From contig OZ024749.1 of assembly GCA_964016885.1 (NCBI GenBank), forward strand, positions 39,184,001 to 39,248,000: DNA of 64,000 nucleotides, in the 5' to 3' direction. This DNA is from Eledone cirrhosa (taxonomy: Eukaryota). Positions 60,067 through 64,000 of this stretch are shown piece after piece (positions within the stretch are counted from its first letter, which is position 1; every line of letters starts with the position of its first letter). A program made the position numbers and the translations under genes. The notes under the pieces were generated by a model. It worked only from the letters and a program-made list of their open reading frames with translations. It made no database searches and had not been told where the DNA came from.

Positions 60067-62152
60067 TGTCGCCATGAGTTATGGTATTCAATATTTTCTT
60101 TCTTAAGATATATTTCAGGTTCATTCTTCCTGTTTGTCTAATTCACATATACATAGTCATAGCACCCACTACCTTTTTAGTTGTTGTGCACTCACAGTGT
60201 TTAAATATTTCACCTTGATGAACTAAAACATACATAAAGTCATAACACTGACTACTTGTACAGGTTAGCTTTACCTTTTATCCTTAAGGGGTTGGTAAAA
60301 TAAAGTACCAGTAATGTACTGGAGTCAATTTAATTGACTTTCCATTTCCCCCAAAATTGTTGGCCTTGTGCTTAAATCAGAAACCATTATTTGAATGGCC
60401 AGTAAAATCGGCCAATCACAGCACATTCTACCAGTTTCTCCTTATTAGGGCTCCTTGTTTTACTAGATAAAGCCCAGAGCGAGATACTAATAAAAGCACA
60501 TAGTAATGTATGTCTGACTTATCAAGTTATTGTGCACTCACAGTGTTTAAATATCTCACTCAGATGGACTAAAACCGTATTGTCTAAGTCAATGGTATTG
60601 TTGAAGTCAAAATTTTTTAACTCATGGATCAAAGAAGAAATATTTTAAAGCACTTTGCATTTTATATTTAAATTTGAAAAGTTATTCAAAAATGGTATTT
60701 ATACAGCATAAACTAGAACTATAAATAATTAAAAAGGCCAGTAATTTGTGGGGAAGAGCAAATCTTGATTGAATCAACTCAATACTTGATTTTATTGACT
60801 TCAGACATCTTGATATATTGCAATAGTAAGAGCTTTTATTCAATCTTCAACGTTGCCATATTGTTTCTCAAGAGAATCTCATGAGAACCAAGCTCAGGAA
60901 TCTTTTGTGAGGTGTCTAATTTTGTATATTTGTTTATTGTTTCCAAGAAATCAATAACTAAGCATGACTTTTTGTTAAAGTTAGCTACATTGAGTAAGCC
61001 ACAGGCTTTGACTGGGTTGAATGATTCCTTTGTTTAATAGATGCTCGATCTTGGTTTTAATGATGTCCCTATCATCATCATCATCATCATCCTCATCATT
61101 AACATTGTTTTACATCTATATTTCACATTAGCATGGCTATTAGACGGGTTTGTCCCATTAGAGGCAAGTTGAATCGGGCGACCGTGTCTAGCTCATATAG
61201 GACTGTTTCTGGCTAGATTTCTATGTCTGGATGCCCTTCCTAATGCCAACCACATTTACAGTGTGTGCTGGGAGCTTTTTGCCGAGTCTCCTGCCAGCAA
61301 TTATTTCTTCATGGTATGGAAATTGGTTTGAGGTTCTCAATGTCCACTCCTGGTTTGAGACACAGTGCTTCCAAGTATTTTAAGACTAAAGCAGTATGGC
61401 ATAGATATTAAGGTACCACCAACTTGCAGGGAAACTGAAGTGTGGTAAGACAGGAAGTCACATCCAAGTATTAAAGGTGTAACCAGAGAGCATGTAACAT
61501 AGACTTTAACATAGGGTAGGAATTACCGTTAGTCATTATTTCCGTTATAAGTTCTCCTTCAACTGAGAAGTTAGAGTTGTTAGCTAGTCTAATGGTTCTA
61601 TTAGACTGGTGACTGTAGGCAATGTGTTGTGCTTTTTGAGGTATTTTCATTCTCTGCTGATGTTGCCGGATCCGGTATTTAGTAACCCACAAATGGAATG
61701 ACCATTGAATTTGGCATTGACCAAACAGCGACCCTGTGTCCCAAGGTTGTCAGTATGGCAGATAGATTGATTTCTCCATTGTCAATTGCTTCATCTGGAG
61801 AGTCAGGTTTATCCAAAGAAATTGCCAAAGTGTTTGACTTAGGTCTAGATTTTGAAGAGCTCTTGCTTTTTTTTGGCAATAATGCCATATTGAGGACTTT
61901 GCAGGAAATGTTGTGTGGTCCCTATGGCATGTTCCTCCACAGAACATGCACTGTGTATTTTTGACAGCTGACATGATATTGGATGTAACACTCATGCCAG
62001 CGACTGAACAACAACAATTGCAAACTTCATGGTGGTTGTAATTTTGTATACGTTGTCGTTGGATGGTGGTTCTTCATTGCACTCTAATAAATGCTGATGT
62101 ATACTGGAAGAGGAAATAGCGGCAACAAAGCCATCAAATATTAATTGGTCCA

Positions 62153-62658
62153 CCAATACTGTTCTGCTGTCAGGGCTGGGATATAACACTTATTTGCCAG
62201 TTGTTTAAGTGTGTCCCAATACTGTTCTGCTGTCAGGGCTGGGATATAACACTTATTTGCCAGTTGTTTAAGTGTGTCCCAATACTGTTCTGCTGTCAGG
62301 GCTGGGATATAACACTTATTTGCCAGTTGTTTAAGTGTGTCCCAATACTGTTCTGCTGTCAGGGCTGGGATATAACACTTATTTGCCAGTTGTTTAAGTG
62401 TGTCCCAATACTGTTCTGCTGTCAGGGCTGGGATATAACACTTATTTGCCAGTTGTTTAAGTGTGTCCCAATACTGTTCTGCTGTCAGGGCTGGGATATA
62501 ACACTTATTTGCCAGTTGTTTAAGTGTGTCCCAATACTGTTCTGCTGTCAGGGCTGGGATATAACACTTATTTGCCAGTTGTTTAAGTGTGTCCCAATAC
62601 TGTTCTGCTGTCAGGGCTGGGATATAACACTTATTTGCCAGTTGTTTAAGTGTGTCCA
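62153..62658. repeat. 63-bp tandem repeat, 8 identical copies, inside the Gypsy gag
   Basis: The unit encodes DTLKQLANKCYIPALTAEQYW in frame. Confidence 0.97.
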
Positions 62659-63020
62659 TGAACTGCTCGATGCGCTCTTCACCCTGTTTTTTGTGAGCAC
62701 AATTGATGGCGATTCATAAAGGAAGAAGAACACTTGGTGTACTTATTGTCCAGAAGAGCTATCACAGAAGTAAAGTTAGCACATTTTTCTACATTAGAGG
62801 AGGCTTCTGGTCTGCAAAGATAAAACAGGGCATCCAATGTTACATCATCAAGAATGTTGACTTTTTCAATGAATTTGTTTAACATAAACATCTTTTCCCA
62901 GTAAATGTAATCTGCCTCTATGGGGTTGCTAAGTAGTTGACGCTTGAAATATTTTGGTTCAATAGCAATAAATATTGAATAAAATTATTAACTCGTAGAT
63001 GTTTCAATAGATTGTGATAA

Positions 63021-63224
63021 TAATTGTTTCTACTTTAGGCACAAGGCCAGCAATTATCCCAGTGTATTACTGGTATTTTATTTTATAGACACCCCCCCGC
63101 TCCCGTAAGGATGAAAGGCAAAGTTAACCTCGGCGGGATTTGAACTCAGAATGGCAAGGGCAGTAACTCTATGCGTCAAAGCATGGCGTCTGACCCTCTA
63201 CCGATACTGCCAATCCACCGCCCT
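63021..63224 (-). mobile_element. Full-length SINE family M inserted in the Gypsy 5' region
   Basis: 16-bp target-site duplication aatagattgtgataat at 63006-63021 and 63225-63240. Confidence 0.9.
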
Positions 63225-63649
63225 AATAGATTGTGATAATGATAAGAGCTTTTATTCAATCTTTAACATTGCCTTATTGTTTCTCAAGAGAATCTCGCAA
63301 GAACCAACAATATGGTAGAGGGACAAATATCTGACAGTAAAGTTGACCGCGGTGAGATTTGAACACAGAATGTAAAGAGTCAAGAACTATTAAAACAATG
63401 GCATTTTATGTAATGCTCTACCCATTCTGCCAATCCACTACCCTCTAAAGCAAAGGTTCTCAAAGTGGGCGCTACCGTTGAGAAGGTCCAGGGTGGGGCA
63501 CTGGGACCCAAGGAGGCAGTAGAGATGATATAAAAGTATATTAAATATCGAATGATATATATTATATATAAATATAGTAAAATGAATAATATAATATTTA
63601 TTTAAACAGTATATATTATATTATTTATTATATATAATATAATATATAC

Positions 63650-63868
63650 CGCAGTGGATTTGCAGTATCGGTAGAGCGTCGGACACCATGCTTTGTGGCA
63701 TAGAGTTAAGGCCCTTTGCGTTCTGAGTTCAAATCCCACCGACGTTAACTTTCCCTTTCATCCTTACGGGGTCGATAAAATAAAGTACCTGTTATGCACT
63801 GGGGTGGATTTAATCGATTTTCCCCCTCCCCCAAAATGCTGGCCTTGTGCCTATATAAGAAACCATTA
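63650..63868 (+). mobile_element. SINE family M
   Basis: A/B boxes and core on the plus strand. Confidence 0.85.
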
Positions 63869-64000
63869 TATATAAATTAACAATTTTATTTATTATATAT
63901 TATTTACAATGTGCGTGTAGGCAGGTCTCTCTGGATATAGGCGTGGGAGGCGTTGAGGGTATTACGTGCTGGGGGGGGGGGGGGGGGGGCAGTGGGCCAA

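Larger units (their letters stand above)
60820..63309 (-). mobile_element. Decayed, internally deleted Ty3/Gypsy LTR retrotransposon
   Basis: LTR-like repeat at 60820-60891 and 63241-63309 (minus strand starts TGTTGG). Gag DTLKQLANKC...FVAAISSSSIHQHLLE and CMFCGG knuckle; protease LLNTGS and LGCDFL; RT start IEHLLNKGIIQPSQSLW..IDFLETINKYTKLD. Confidence 0.8.

Overview
This is repeat-rich, AT-rich animal genomic DNA, most likely a coleoid cephalopod such as Octopus (inferred from the SINE/RTE repertoire, extreme TA/CA microsatellite load and mollusc-type LPMO gene). There is a 200-N assembly gap at 35272-35471. Two host genes lie on the minus strand: a complete 4-coding-exon secreted AA15-type lytic polysaccharide monooxygenase (chitin-binding type-4 domain; 50919->46677, about 290 aa) and the first coding exon of a LanC-like protein 3 homolog (45068->44535). 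The rest is tRNA-derived SINEs, RTE LINE fragments, hAT/piggyBac-like MITEs, a decayed Ty3/Gypsy element, tandem repeats and microsatellites; nearly all long ORFs in the track are microsatellite artefacts. The main hidden signal is that the short unique islands within (TA)n tracts form at least 7 families of Penelope-like element (PLE) termini carrying type I hammerhead ribozyme folds. Some have the canonical CUGANGA core and some the compensatory U3-A8 UUGAAAA core; several have palindromic stem III sequences. Many copies are fold-back palindromes, and a frameshifted PLE linker/Zn-finger/GIY-YIG fragment sits among them at 11590-11965. All folds were read by eye; none was computed or tested.
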